This document shows, piece after piece, positions 34,069 to 44,800 of a stretch of 59,211 nt of DNA (position 1 is the first letter of the stretch; each line of letters begins with the position of its first letter). The notes beneath the pieces are model-generated. The model saw only the letters and a list, made by a program, of their open reading frames with translations. It ran no database searches and had not been told where the DNA came from. The stretch spans positions 1 through 59,211 of IMG/VR virus record IMGVR_UViG_3300036770_005043. The stretch is one strand, 5' to 3'. The stretch comes from a virus. Its lineage: Duplodnaviria > Caudoviricetes. The position numbers and the translations under genes were made by a program.

Positions 34069-35579
34069 AGACGAAAGCCTTTTCTAAAGTCTTTGGGAAG
34101 AACGAGATGCAGGGTCTGCTTCGCTCGCGTGATGCCGACGTACAGCAAACGGTTGATGTCGTCCGCGTTGCGTTCGTACTCTTGCGCGAACTTGATCGAG
34201 AGATCCGTGATCAGTAAGACGTTATCCGCCTCACCGCCTTTGGCACCGTGGATCGTCGAGAGCTTGATCGGCACCTTGCCCGTGACCTTCACGCCGCGGC
34301 GAAGAAGCGCGATCAGATAATTGCGCTTGTCTTCAGCGATCTTGGTCAGCGCTTCGTGCCAGATCGCATCGGTCTGTAGGCCATGGTCCGTGGTCAGTGA
34401 CTCGTGTGTATACAATGTATCTACACTCGCCGTCTTCAGCCCCTTATGCCCACGCTTCACCGCGGAGGAGTCGAGGTATTTGTAGATGATCTTCACGGTG
34501 TCGTAAGGCACTTCACCGCCCTTGCGCAGACGCTCCCAGCCTATGACGGCCTGAAGCACAGACTCTGGGATGCTCCGTTGTCCGTGGCGCTCGAAGAGTA
34601 GCCCTTGGGACTTCAGCCACTCATGCATGTCGGTCAGCATGTAGTTTGCGGCAGCGAGGACGAGCCACTCGCCCTGGGTGATATCGACGTGATGGAAGTC
34701 GTTGTAGTACGTAATCGTCCCGCCTTCGGTACGAGGCTTCCACACCTTCGGTTGGCGTTTGCGAATCCGGTTCACTATCTGATCGGCGAGCGCGTGGATC
34801 TTTGACGGCACGCGGTAGGATTGCTCGAGGACTCTGACGTCGCCCTCCAAGGTCAAGAACGAATCGACATCGGCGCCTGCCCACGTGTAGACCGCCTGGT
34901 CGTCATCGCCTGCGATGTACGTATGCTGGGCTCGTTCAATCAGCTCCTTCACCAGCGCCCACTGCAAGCGGGAGAGGTCCTGCGCTTCGTCGATGATCAG
35001 CGTTTTAAGCGAAGGCAGCCGGTCGGGCTCATCTAAAATCTTCTCCAAAAGATCGGTAAAATCCAGCAATCCCCGTGAGGCTTTGTAATGCCGATAGGCC
35101 CGATCTACATATTCAAAATGATACCACTCGATCGACATGCTACTTTCGTTGTAGTGCTGGCGCAGGTCCTTGCCCCGCACACGGGCGATGTTGACTTCGT
35201 TCAGGACAGGGTGCGTCGCCTTGACGGCAAACTCCTCTTCACCCTGCTCAATGCCCAGCTCAATCCCCGCCTCTTTAGCGAACTCTGCATAGTGCTCAGG
35301 GCCCATCATGTCTTTGCCTGTGATACCCAGGCAGCGGTAGGCAAGTGAGTGCAGGGTGCGAAACCACGGGAAGTCTAAATCCGGATTTAACGCAGGGAAC
35401 TTCCGAATCGCCCGATCGCGCGCTTCGGTTGCGGCCTTACGAGTAAACGCAAAGTAACCGATCTTCGTCGGGTGGATCTCGGCGGACAATTCCTCTTGAA
35501 CGACGGAGAGGAGGTAGGTCGTCTTGCCTGAGCCCGGCGGGCCAAAGACCTTAGTTATCTTCGTCGTCATCTTCGTCAT
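34065..35579 (-). CDS. UvrD/Rep-like SF1 helicase
   Basis: GPPGSGKTT, TLHS, IIDEAQD, GDDDQA, STIHGAKGGEAD, YVGITRAK. Confidence 0.92.
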   Translation of the reverse strand: MTKMTTKITKVFGPPGSGKTTYLLSVVQEELSAEIHPTKIGYFAFTRKAATEARDRAIRKFPALNPDLDFPWFRTLHSLAYRCLGITGKDMMGPEHYAEFAKEAGIELGIEQGEEEFAVKATHPVLNEVNIARVRGKDLRQHYNESSMSIEWYHFEYVDRAYRHYKASRGLLDFTDLLEKILDEPDRLPSLKTLIIDEAQDLSRLQWALVKELIERAQHTYIAGDDDQAVYTWAGADVDSFLTLEGDVRVLEQSYRVPSKIHALADQIVNRIRKRQPKVWKPRTEGGTITYYNDFHHVDITQGEWLVLAAANYMLTDMHEWLKSQGLLFERHGQRSIPESVLQAVIGWERLRKGGEVPYDTVKIIYKYLDSSAVKRGHKGLKTASVDTLYTHESLTTDHGLQTDAIWHEALTKIAEDKRNYLIALLRRGVKVTGKVPIKLSTIHGAKGGEADNVLLITDLSIKFAQEYERNADDINRLLYVGITRAKQTLHLVLPKDFRKGFRL

Positions 35580-35841
35580 CAAACCTTTCTTCGAGTTCAT
35601 CCCAGCCCAAAGGCCAGACGATCAATGGCGTGTCCTCGCCGACATAGGCGCCGAGGATGTTGAAGTCGACGTACTCCGCAGCCTCTTCAAAGGTCGCGTT
35701 GTCGCGGGCCATCAAAATACTGATGATGGCATCGCCGTCATAGATCAACGTGTCGACTTGCGTCGAGCCCCCGTCCTCGTCTCGCTGCCACACAGACGCC
35801 ACGCCAAACATTGCGGCATCAAACCCATCCAGCTTTTTCAT
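35551..35841 (-). CDS. Conserved acidic phage protein (DGFD.A..G...A.EY.DFNI.GAY.G..TP)
   Basis: Recognisable motif. Confidence 0.8.
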   Translation of the reverse strand: MKKLDGFDAAMFGVASVWQRDEDGGSTQVDTLIYDGDAIISILMARDNATFEEAAEYVDFNILGAYVGEDTPLIVWPLGWDELEERFDDEDDDEDN

Positions 35842-37373
35842 TAGAAAGGACTCCTGCTGCGTTTTTGCTCAGGCGTGTCAAACGGTGCATCCTGCCGTTC
35901 AAAACGCGGTATCCGCCAACACCGTGTCGCGCGGTTCTTTAGGAAAAGGCTAATCGGCTCACCGCCCATCTCACGTAAGCGCTGCGCCATCTTGGGCAGC
36001 GTCATGCCTTTGAAGTTGTTACGGTTGAGATGCGCTTCGAGGTCCTTCATACGGAAGTAGGTGCGGCCCTCTTCGTCGTTCGTCCAAGGCCGGCCCAAGA
36101 GGACTTCGTCGCGATCCATCGCCTGCTGCAAGTGCGTGCAGAACTCTTCAAGCAAATCATTGAAGCGGCCGGTGAGCGTCGTGTCCTCACTGGCTACGGT
36201 GATCTGCTCGGTCTCCACCATCTCGGTCAGCAATGCATTCAGGAGCTGCTCCCAGTCAGCTTTCTTCACGGCTGGCGGGAGGACGTTCAATCGCTCGACG
36301 CACGCCTTTTGGAAAGCGATCTGGTTGAAGAGGCTCTCTGTATCCAATTCGATACGCTTGCCGTTGACATCCAAGAACCACAGAGGCGGTTCGCTTGCGT
36401 ACTTGGATAACGCAGAGAGCTCTGGGGAGTCTGGCCCGTGAGCCCCGATCCCATACTTACGAGTCCTGCAAAGACCACTATTGCAAAAACTATTGAGCGG
36501 CGCGTCTTTGCACCGGTACTTGTACTCTTTCTTGCTGATCTGTTTGATCAGTGTCTGCACTTCATGGTTGGGCAATGGTGGACTGACATACTTGTAGTTG
36601 TACTCCACCATCAAGTTGTCCCAGGTCGCAGATTGCGCCCGCTTGAGATACAAACCGATATTAAATAGCGCGTTGTTCCGTGTTCCTTCAGGCACGCCTT
36701 GTGCGCAGATGGCCTGTAGACACGGCGGACCATCCTTGATCGGTGATTCAGGCGCCTTGGGCTCTTCAGGGAACTTGATATCTTTGTCCTGCACGAACTT
36801 GTCGTAAAGGGCATAGAACTCTTCGAGCGTTACCGCGTTGCCTTCGTCGTCAAAGGCATAGCGCATCGTGTCATCGCCGCCGAAATACGGCAGATTCAGG
36901 AAGTTACCGGTATCGCCACGTTCGACGAGAATCTCCGCCTGCTTCGGGAAGATCTCACGGCCTGCTTCGCCCAGTAGCGCCGCAGCGGCTTTCAGATACC
37001 GCTGCATATCTGCCGCGGGGATGGGTTCTTTGACAAATAGGAATACGTGCGCGCCGCCTGACTTACTGCGGCACACAACGAGGGGGAGCTCGAGGCTACG
37101 GATCTTTTTGATCAGACCCGCATGGTCAAGAGGGTATTGATCAATGTCGATGCATCCCCAGATGCAAGAGTTGTCTGCCCGGATGGGGATGATGCCGAGC
37201 GAGGGCTCAACGCCCTCAAGATGCTTCTGCCAAAGGTCGTCCGTCGGAGGCTTACGTACAACGACAGCTTTGCCTGCCTTCTTGCCGTTGCTCTTGTCAC
37301 CTTCGATCCTGTACGTTCCATAGGCGATGTCCAAGCCCGAGAATATTGCTTTGAAACGTGTAATGTCCGTCAT
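35841..37373 (-). CDS. AEP primase-polymerase with PriCT-1-like domain
   Basis: HL.G...LGIIPI, WGCIDID, RSKSGGAHVFLF, GN..NLPY, EGTRNNALF...PPL...EV. Confidence 0.85.
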   Translation of the reverse strand: MTDITRFKAIFSGLDIAYGTYRIEGDKSNGKKAGKAVVVRKPPTDDLWQKHLEGVEPSLGIIPIRADNSCIWGCIDIDQYPLDHAGLIKKIRSLELPLVVCRSKSGGAHVFLFVKEPIPAADMQRYLKAAAALLGEAGREIFPKQAEILVERGDTGNFLNLPYFGGDDTMRYAFDDEGNAVTLEEFYALYDKFVQDKDIKFPEEPKAPESPIKDGPPCLQAICAQGVPEGTRNNALFNIGLYLKRAQSATWDNLMVEYNYKYVSPPLPNHEVQTLIKQISKKEYKYRCKDAPLNSFCNSGLCRTRKYGIGAHGPDSPELSALSKYASEPPLWFLDVNGKRIELDTESLFNQIAFQKACVERLNVLPPAVKKADWEQLLNALLTEMVETEQITVASEDTTLTGRFNDLLEEFCTHLQQAMDRDEVLLGRPWTNDEEGRTYFRMKDLEAHLNRNNFKGMTLPKMAQRLREMGGEPISLFLKNRATRCWRIPRFERQDAPFDTPEQKRSRSPF

Positions 37374-37380
37374 TTCTTCT

Positions 37381-37439
37381 TTCTCGCAAGAGAAGGCCTA
37401 CTCGTGGCGGGGTAGGGGAAGATACCACTTTCGGCCCCC
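37381..37439 (-). ncRNA. Candidate cis-regulatory RNA with loop E-like motif upstream of the primase
   Basis: GGCC-GAAA-GTGG...CCAC-GAGTA-GGCC plus an adjacent TTCTC-TTGC-GAGAA hairpin at the RBS. Confidence 0.5.
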
Positions 37440-37444
37440 GGTTC

Positions 37445-38215
37445 TTAGAAAGGAGCCGACTCCGAGGAGCCTTCCTCACCCTCATGCTTCACCTTGACGG
37501 TGCCAGAGGAAACCGATTGCGAGAATGCCTTGGCGGTCTCGTAAAGACCTTGGTCTTCCACGGTGCCAATGCGCTCCACTTCCCAACCGAACCACTTACC
37601 TTTGTCATTCGACTCCGGTTGAGTGGTTAAGCGGTACATTTGGCTGTACATCGGCGGGGTGAAAAGACCGTTACGGCCGGTCAGTTTCACCGACTGCATC
37701 ATGCTGTTCCACTTGCGGCTCTTCTTGAGCTGCGTGGACTTCATGACAATCAAAGCAGGCGAGGGGGAGCCGTCTGCTTCTACCACCATCACGTAGTGAT
37801 TGGCGGTGTTCTCGATGTAGTTGCCGTTATCCAAATAGTCCTTGTTCTCCCCTGGCTCGCGATGGGTCTTTGACAAGATATCGCTCGTCGAGGGGTAGAT
37901 ATGGATCGGCGCACCCGATCCGCTGCCACGTGGCGCCCATTCAATGTACTGACGGACGTACGCGCAAGGGATGACGGTGATGCCTTTCTTGCCATCATAG
38001 AGCTGGCCGGTGACGCTGTTGTAGATCATGCCGGGAAGAGCGCCATCGATCGCGCCGACTTCGGGGGAGGTGTTCGTCAAAAGACGAAGAAACGGAAGCG
38101 CAAAGTCTTCCTGATTCATGCCCGCAAAACTATCGCGAGCATCCTCCTCAAAAGCTGAGGCAAGTACCAATGCGGTGGATTGCTCCACCTTCTCTGCAAG
38201 TGCTGATTTAGCCAT
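37445..38215 (-). CDS. Putative single-stranded DNA-binding protein
   Basis: D..LPFL, Y.EW, M.STQLKKSRKWNS, N.KG.WFGW, acidic C-terminus ending in PF. Confidence 0.65.
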   Translation of the reverse strand: MAKSALAEKVEQSTALVLASAFEEDARDSFAGMNQEDFALPFLRLLTNTSPEVGAIDGALPGMIYNSVTGQLYDGKKGITVIPCAYVRQYIEWAPRGSGSGAPIHIYPSTSDILSKTHREPGENKDYLDNGNYIENTANHYVMVVEADGSPSPALIVMKSTQLKKSRKWNSMMQSVKLTGRNGLFTPPMYSQMYRLTTQPESNDKGKWFGWEVERIGTVEDQGLYETAKAFSQSVSSGTVKVKHEGEEGSSESAPF

Positions 38216-38235
38216 GTTTCGTGATCCTTGGTTAG

Positions 38236-38793
38236 TTAAACAGATTTAATCGTCGCTTTTTTGCCAATGAAGGCACCGAACAGTTCTGTGGGGAACTCTT
38301 CGCCACGCTCCACTCGCTCTTTGACCCAAGCCTTGAGGGTTTGGGGTTCTACCTTCTCAGCCTGCGCAGCGGGGTAGCCTTGCTGACCGAGGAGATCCAG
38401 TAGACGAACACAAAGCTCGTCTTCGCCGCGGCCGAAACGGACGCTGACGGTGTTTTTGATGATGTCGTCGAAGCCATGATCGCGCAGCCACTGGAACGCC
38501 TCTGCGCGGCGGGCCTCACTGATTGAAGCACTATAGAACGGCTTGATGTCGATGCTGCTGCCGTCTTCCATCTTGAAGGACGACATGCCGAGCTGAGCCA
38601 GAGCCTCGGGCAGCGCTTCTTCGGTGATCTTGCGGTACTGGTTTTTCCGCTCCTTCACCGTTTCTTCGAGGTCGTCGATCTCCTTCTCTAAGAGCTTGGC
38701 CCGTCGTGCGAGGGCCGATATCCCAGAGATATCATCGTCTTGAACCTTTAAAGCGCCAGCATCATTTTCAAATAAACTCGTGAGAGTCATCAT
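38236..38793 (-). CDS. Conserved replication-cluster protein
   Basis: LP..L...G...F...DG, AF.WLR..G..DIIKN, V.PQTLKAWV.E motif. Confidence 0.75.
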   Translation of the reverse strand: MMTLTSLFENDAGALKVQDDDISGISALARRAKLLEKEIDDLEETVKERKNQYRKITEEALPEALAQLGMSSFKMEDGSSIDIKPFYSASISEARRAEAFQWLRDHGFDDIIKNTVSVRFGRGEDELCVRLLDLLGQQGYPAAQAEKVEPQTLKAWVKERVERGEEFPTELFGAFIGKKATIKSV

Positions 38794-39112
38794 ATTCTCC
38801 TTTCTTGAAGAGGTCGATTTCTAACGGGATATAGCGCCGTTCGCGTTTATCCCACTTCAGGCACTTGTAGCGCCCGTTATTCTTGAACGCCGCCACTGCG
38901 CAGCACAAGCCTATCGCAGATGGATCGCCGATCAACAATAAATAGTCGTCGTCCGTGAACTTGTCAAGTTTGCGCTGGATGCGCCTGACTGTCGGGGCGA
39001 CGGAAAAAGCAATCTGCGCATTAGGCGGCAGAATGGTTTCAATCTTGCCGTAGTCCAATGCGCTCGCAATGTTGTGTTGCAGCGTCTCAGAAACTACGTA
39101 AACTGTAGGCAC
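38768..39112 (-). CDS. Conserved hypothetical protein (A..YG...DYLLL.GDP...LKWD)
   Basis: Recognisable motif; AGAAAGGAGA RBS. Confidence 0.75.
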   Translation of the reverse strand: MPTVYVVSETLQHNIASALDYGKIETILPPNAQIAFSVAPTVRRIQRKLDKFTDDDYLLLIGDPSAIGLCCAVAAFKNNGRYKCLKWDKRERRYIPLEIDLFKKGEYDDSHEFI

Positions 39113-39142
39113 GTTCGTTCTCCTTTCTCAAAACGAGGAACG

Positions 39143-39171
39143 AGAGTAGACTAACACAACGGGCAATGCAA
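39143..39171 (-). promoter_or_regulatory. Sigma70-like promoter of the replication operon
   Basis: TTGCAT-17-TACTCT. Confidence 0.7.
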
Positions 39172-39195
39172 GCCCCTAGAAAGCGAGAGGCCAAC

Positions 39196-40647
39196 ATGAG
39201 TAAGTTTTTGGAAACGTATCCGTTTAAGAATAAGCCGTTTGTCCACCAGGCTGCGTATTTGCAGCGTTTCTGGGATTTTCCTGTTGCCGCGTTGTTCGCG
39301 GACACCGGAACGGGGAAAAGTTTCATGTTAATCAACAACATAGCAATGTTGTACGACCAGGGAAAAATAAACGCCGCATTGATCGTGGCGCCCAAGGGCG
39401 TGTACCGCAACTGGAGCGGCATTGAAATCCCTAAGCACATGCCCACGCACGTTGAGCATCGTGTAGCGCTGTGGTCAGCAACGCCACGCAAGGCAGAGCA
39501 GGCGGCGCTTGATTCTTTGTTCGAGGTCACTGAGGACTTAAAAATCCTCATAATGAACATAGAAGCTTTTTCAACCACTAAGGGCACAAAGTTTGCTCAA
39601 AGGTTTTTGTTTGCGCATGACGCAATGATGGCGATCGACGAGTCAACAACGATTAAGACACCAAACAGCAAACGCAGCAAAAATACTGAAAAAACAGGCA
39701 AAGAGGCAAGATACCGGCGCATCATGACGGGATCCCCTGTGACAAAGTCTCCGTTGGATCTTTATCAACAGTGCGCCTTCTTGTCCGACGCGTGTCTTGA
39801 TTCTCCGTCTTATTACGCGTTTCAAGCCCGCTACGCTTTAACGATAGAAAAACGAGTTGCTACGCATAGCTTTAAGAAGATTGTGGGTTATCAAAGATTA
39901 GATGAACTCAAAGAAAAGCTGGATAGATTTAGTTTCCGCGTTCGCAAAGAGGAGTGTTTTGACCTTCCTGATAAGATTTTCCTGAAGCGTGAGGTGGAGC
40001 TCACCCCTGAACAAAGAAAAGCCTACGATCAAATGGTTCACCAGGCTTTGGTTACGTTAGAGCAGGGTTTGAGCAGCACGGTTAACGTGCTTACTCAAAT
40101 CATGCGCTTGCAACAGATAGTTTGTGGGCACGTCACGTTAGATAACGGGCAGACTGTGTCTTTGCGAAATGGGCGTATTGATGAAATGCTTGCCGCGATC
40201 GAAGAGGCGGATGGAAAAGTCATCATCTGGGCGCACTTTAGACAAGACATCGAGGCCATCAAGTTGGCGCTTTCTAAGAAGTACGGAATGAACTCCGTAG
40301 CCACTTACTTCGGTGACACCGGAGGCGAGGAGCGAGCAGAGATAGTAAACCGTTTTCAGGACCCTGAAGATGAACTTCGGTTTTTTGTCGGCCAACCCAG
40401 GACGGGGGGATACGGCCTCACGTTAACCGCCGCACATACCATGATCTACTATTCCAATAGCTATGACCTCGAGGTACGTCTCCAGTCAGAGGCCCGCATT
40501 GATCGGTATGGACAAACAAACAAGATGACCTACATCGACTTGGTCTCGCCTAATACGGTGGACGAGAAAATCGTCGAGGCCCTTCAGAAGAAAATGGATA
40601 TCGCAAACCTGGTTTTGGGGGAGGATGCACGTGACTGGATCAAGTGA
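39196..40647 (+). CDS. SNF2-family helicase
   Basis: ADTGTGKS, IDESTTIK, MTGSP...P.DLY.Q, GG.GLTLTAA, QSEARIDR.GQ. Confidence 0.92.
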   Translation: MSKFLETYPFKNKPFVHQAAYLQRFWDFPVAALFADTGTGKSFMLINNIAMLYDQGKINAALIVAPKGVYRNWSGIEIPKHMPTHVEHRVALWSATPRKAEQAALDSLFEVTEDLKILIMNIEAFSTTKGTKFAQRFLFAHDAMMAIDESTTIKTPNSKRSKNTEKTGKEARYRRIMTGSPVTKSPLDLYQQCAFLSDACLDSPSYYAFQARYALTIEKRVATHSFKKIVGYQRLDELKEKLDRFSFRVRKEECFDLPDKIFLKREVELTPEQRKAYDQMVHQALVTLEQGLSSTVNVLTQIMRLQQIVCGHVTLDNGQTVSLRNGRIDEMLAAIEEADGKVIIWAHFRQDIEAIKLALSKKYGMNSVATYFGDTGGEERAEIVNRFQDPEDELRFFVGQPRTGGYGLTLTAAHTMIYYSNSYDLEVRLQSEARIDRYGQTNKMTYIDLVSPNTVDEKIVEALQKKMDIANLVLGEDARDWIK

Positions 40648-40689
40648 CATGTGGTAGGATTGCCCTATGGTATATCGGAGAGGTTTCCT

Positions 40690-41175
40690 ATGGCACTTCG
40701 TCACGGGCATACGCGGGCACGAGAAGTAAACGGCAAGCGCAGATGGTCTAGTCTGTACATTCGCTTCATGAACCTGAAGGCCCGTTGCGTTCGGCCTAGC
40801 GATCCGGATTACATTAGATACGGAGCAAAAGGCATCACGGTTTGCGATCGCTGGCTAAAAGGAGAGGATGGCCTGACGGGGTTTGAGTGTTTTTTGGCGG
40901 ACATAGGAGAACCCCCGTTTGAAAAGGCCACCATTGATCGTATTGATTCAACAAAGGGATACAGCCCAGAGAATTGTCGATGGGCCTCCGCAAAAGAGCA
41001 GGGGAATAACAGAAGGACCAACCGCTGGGTTGAGATAGACGGCGTACGTAGGACAGTACAACAGTGGTCTGAGGTCAGTGGGGTCGGACCAAAAACTATC
41101 ATTTATCGCCTTAACAAAGGCATTCCCGCTAAAGCCGCGGTTTTTACCAAGCCTGACTATGCAAAGAGGTGGTGA
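40690..41175 (+). CDS. HNH homing endonuclease-like protein
   Basis: K.RC....DY..YG.KGI.VC.RW, F..FL.D.G, TIDRID...GYSPENCRWA...Q.NN; own GTGACA-16-TATGGT promoter-like element and GGAG RBS. Confidence 0.85.
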   Translation: MALRHGHTRAREVNGKRRWSSLYIRFMNLKARCVRPSDPDYIRYGAKGITVCDRWLKGEDGLTGFECFLADIGEPPFEKATIDRIDSTKGYSPENCRWASAKEQGNNRRTNRWVEIDGVRRTVQQWSEVSGVGPKTIIYRLNKGIPAKAAVFTKPDYAKRW

Positions 41176-41892
41176 ATGGTTGATCTGATCCCTATCCGTA
41201 GACTCTACAAGTACGAACGCCTCGAGCGGGTCGATAGCCCAGAGGGCCGGCGGTACGTGGACGGTAATGCGAATGCATTGCCTAGCGTCACCACCATCCT
41301 GTCGGGAACGAAGGACAAGTCGGGCCTTGACGCGTGGGCCGCGAGGGTTGGTGCTGCGGAAGCGAACCGGATTAAGAACGAAGCTGCCGCGGTCGGCACG
41401 CACATGCATAACGTCATCGAGCGGATGATCGCCTACCGTGACCTGCCGAGGCCCACTAACTGGCTCATGGTCCGTGGTTATGAGATGGGTTATCGGCTCA
41501 TAAACGAGTATTTCTTGAACCTTAACGAGATCTGGGGCTCAGAAGTGCCGCTGTATTACCCGGCTAAGTACGCAGGAACCACGGATTTGGTCGGTATTTA
41601 CCGCGGGAATCCTGCGATCGTCGACTTCAAACAGTCGCTCAAGCCCAAAAAGCACGAGTGGATTGAGGACTACTTCCACCAGCTTGCCGCCTACGCGCTT
41701 GCGCACGATGCGGTGCATGGCACCACCATCAAACACGGCTACGTGCTGATCGCGCTACAGAGCGGAGGCACGCAGGAATTCAGCACCAGTGGCGCCGAAT
41801 TTGAGCGGTATAAAGAAGCTTGGATGAAACGCGTGGAGGCGTTTAACCCGCCATCGGCGGCATCCCCGCCTGAACCGCAGCCGCCCCCGTAA
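41176..41892 (+). CDS. PD-(D/E)XK exonuclease (Cas4/RecB-like)
   Basis: R.Y...LPSVTTIL, GT.MH, E..LY...YAGT.D, DFKQS, QL.AYA. Confidence 0.88.
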   Translation: MVDLIPIRRLYKYERLERVDSPEGRRYVDGNANALPSVTTILSGTKDKSGLDAWAARVGAAEANRIKNEAAAVGTHMHNVIERMIAYRDLPRPTNWLMVRGYEMGYRLINEYFLNLNEIWGSEVPLYYPAKYAGTTDLVGIYRGNPAIVDFKQSLKPKKHEWIEDYFHQLAAYALAHDAVHGTTIKHGYVLIALQSGGTQEFSTSGAEFERYKEAWMKRVEAFNPPSAASPPEPQPPP

Positions 41893-44800
41893 TCGGATCA
41901 AACGGGAAGAGCTGCTGGAGCATCATCCGGCTTTGCGTGGTCGGTGGAGCGCCGCCTCCGGCTGGAGGCCCGCCCGCAGGAGGTGCCCCGGACGGCATGC
42001 CCGGCATGCCACGGGTCGCCGGAGCGGGGGGAGAGGGTCTCCCGCGCAGTCGATTGTAGACGTCGTCCAAGGTTTGAAGCTGTTCACTTGCGGTCCCGCC
42101 CCTGGCCTCCCGACGTCGTTGTAGCAGTTCTTGCCGTTCTGCTTCTCGCTCCTCCTCAGTGGGAGCTTGCACGTAACGCTGAACAGCGCCGGGGGCTACT
42201 GTCGGGGAAAACAGCAAGCCGAAGACAATCCTTCCGAGATTGCGCTTCTCGTCATTGCTCAAGTCCTTTCGCAACAGTTGTGCCGTCAGCTCCGGGTCTT
42301 TGGCAACCTCGAGGAGCATAGTCATCTGCTGCTGAGACGGCATTCTCTTAAAGATACGTTCTGCGTTTTTAATAACGCGGGACGCAAAGCTCAGAGAACC
42401 CGGGCCTCCGGGGCTAATCATTCCTGCAAATCGAGCGGAGAGCTGTGTAATTGCAAGCTCCTCAAGAGTACTCATATTAGACGTGGGCAAGTTTTCAGCG
42501 CCCGACACCACCCCAGACCTGAGCCTTTTTTCGATCTGAAGAGAAGCATCTAAAAGCTTCTTCATGTTTGCGGCTTGCTCTGCTGTCACCAGCCCTTCTT
42601 GGACCATTAGTGACATCAAAGTCGGAAACGTTCTCTGACCTGCCCCCTTTAAGGGACTATACAACGCCTGCCGATATGCTTGGGGGTCAAACAAAGAAAC
42701 GACTTCGCCATCGGGAAGGGTCCTGGTGTCAAACCCTTTAGCCTTAGCGAAAGCGTAGCTCATTAAAATGGACTGTAGCCCTTCTCTGGCTTGCAGCTTT
42801 TCTGCCGCGGTAGCCGTGGTAGAGCTGTTGATCTCGAACAGGAGATCCTTAATAGCCCCAACCGGTCGATTGCTACTTAATGCATCGTACACGGGACCAA
42901 ACGGATCTTCGTTCTTCCCGTCTGCGCCTATTAAATCCGCAAAAATCTTCTGGTTACGCAGCGTGTAGTTGGCTTTGCTGGCCGGATCCATAACCTCTTC
43001 AAGCGCCTGTTGAGCACGAGAAATATTGGAAAACTCTTCCGCCAGCCCAAGCTCTTCAATCAAATCACGATTACGTTCCCTGAAGGTATCAAACTTCTTC
43101 AGGTTAATAAGCCGCCGCCCGTCTTTCAGCTCCGTTGTTTCCGAAGCCAAGCTACGCATCAACCGCTGCTGTGACCCCAGCACGGAGTTAATGATTTCAC
43201 TCGGATCGAGGGTTCCGGGCCTGCGCTTTTTTGAAAAATCGTCTAGTGCTGATTCAGGAACGAGGGTCGGCAACCCCTGGGCACGCGCCTGCTCATCCAC
43301 CCGAAGTAGTTGAGAAGTGATGTCCTCGATAGACATGTCTCGAGTGATGCCTTTCGCCGCCAGCTCGTTAATCGACTCAATATTGCCGATAAAAGGCGAA
43401 AGACGATCGCGAACCACCCCGGTCCAGACCCTGTTGACGAAAAGGTCTTGACGCAGCGCATCAACGATTTCGCTATCGGTTATCTCGTTGTAGTCCTGCT
43501 TTTGAGGGAAGTATCCCGCATCAAATACACGTTGACGAACAGCATCCATGCCGGCTTCAGGGGGAACGATTAACCGCCCACCGACGTTTTCAACGGGCCG
43601 CACGAGGCCCCGCAACGTGCGGTTGGTGATGTCTTGCGCTGCAAGTTCTCCCCCTACATCTGCGATCCCTCCCGTGCGCTTAATGAATTCAGCCAAAGGA
43701 ACCGCGGAAGCTCCTGCCTTTCGTTCGGCGACAGAGAAAACGGCTCGGCTAACCTGAGCAGGATTGTTGAGGTCGATCGCTTTTGTTCTGCGCAGCGAAT
43801 TAAAAATATCGCGTGCCTCCTGCGCATAAACGGCCTGCACCACGTCTTGCGCCGTGGAGTCTGCGACTAGCTTTTCAGAAAACCGTGCCGCATCCGAGAT
43901 TTCACGCATCCTCATGTAAGCCGCATCCGCTCCGCCCGAAACGGTACGACGGACAAGCGTCTCAGCAGGAATGATCAGTCTTCCTGACCCATCTACATCG
44001 TCAAACTTGCCAGCAAAGGTCCGCGTGAAAACGTCGTGGAAAACTTTTGAGAAGCTTCTTGCTTCCGAAAAGATAGGGTCATCCAACGTTTCTAGGTCAC
44101 GAATGGCGGCGTTTGCCAGTAAGTGATAGACACGCGCACTGTTAGCGTCATTCTGACTAGCAGCGAGGCGAGCCTTTTCCCTAAACTCGCCCGCCGCTTT
44201 AGCAAGGCGATCCGCTTGCAAGTTAGGAACCTCTAAGCCCGCCATTGCGGGGTTAGGGCCTGTCTTGTTGTTGTTGAAATACTCTACGTATTCGGGAGTA
44301 CGTGCGTTTTTCCTATAAGAAGTTCCAAGCTCGCGAAGGTCCTTAAAACCAAGCCCACGCATGTCCGTGACAAGGCCTCTTCGCTGGCCTTTTGAGACGG
44401 GGTCGAGCCCGGCGGTGAGATCTAAATAGGTTTCTGCCAAGTTACTGGCCTTGACCCTATTTGGAACATACCGAGTTCCTGCCTTGTTTAAGCGGAAAGC
44501 AGCAAGGGTTCTCTCCTTATACAACGCATGCATTGTATCTTGAGCGGCCCGTACGACCTTTTCCAAATCGGTCGTTAGGTCATTCGCAATTTCTTCATTA
44601 AGCCTGGATCCGCCTCGACCGAGCCTTTGTGCTTTGTCCGCAGCGACAAAGGCCGCTTGGTCAAAGGCCATTTGAAACAGATTTTGCAGATGGATTTCGC
44701 GTGCTTTTACCGCCTTGAGAACAAGGTCAGGGTTACCGCTTTCCGTCAGGGCCTGAAGGACACCAGCATAGATCTGAAGCCCTCGCTCGCCCATCTCTTT

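Noticed and set aside
18002-37373. Inteins, introns or stop-codon recoding in TerL, PolA, helicase or primase
   Set aside because: All have normal length and continuous motifs under the standard code
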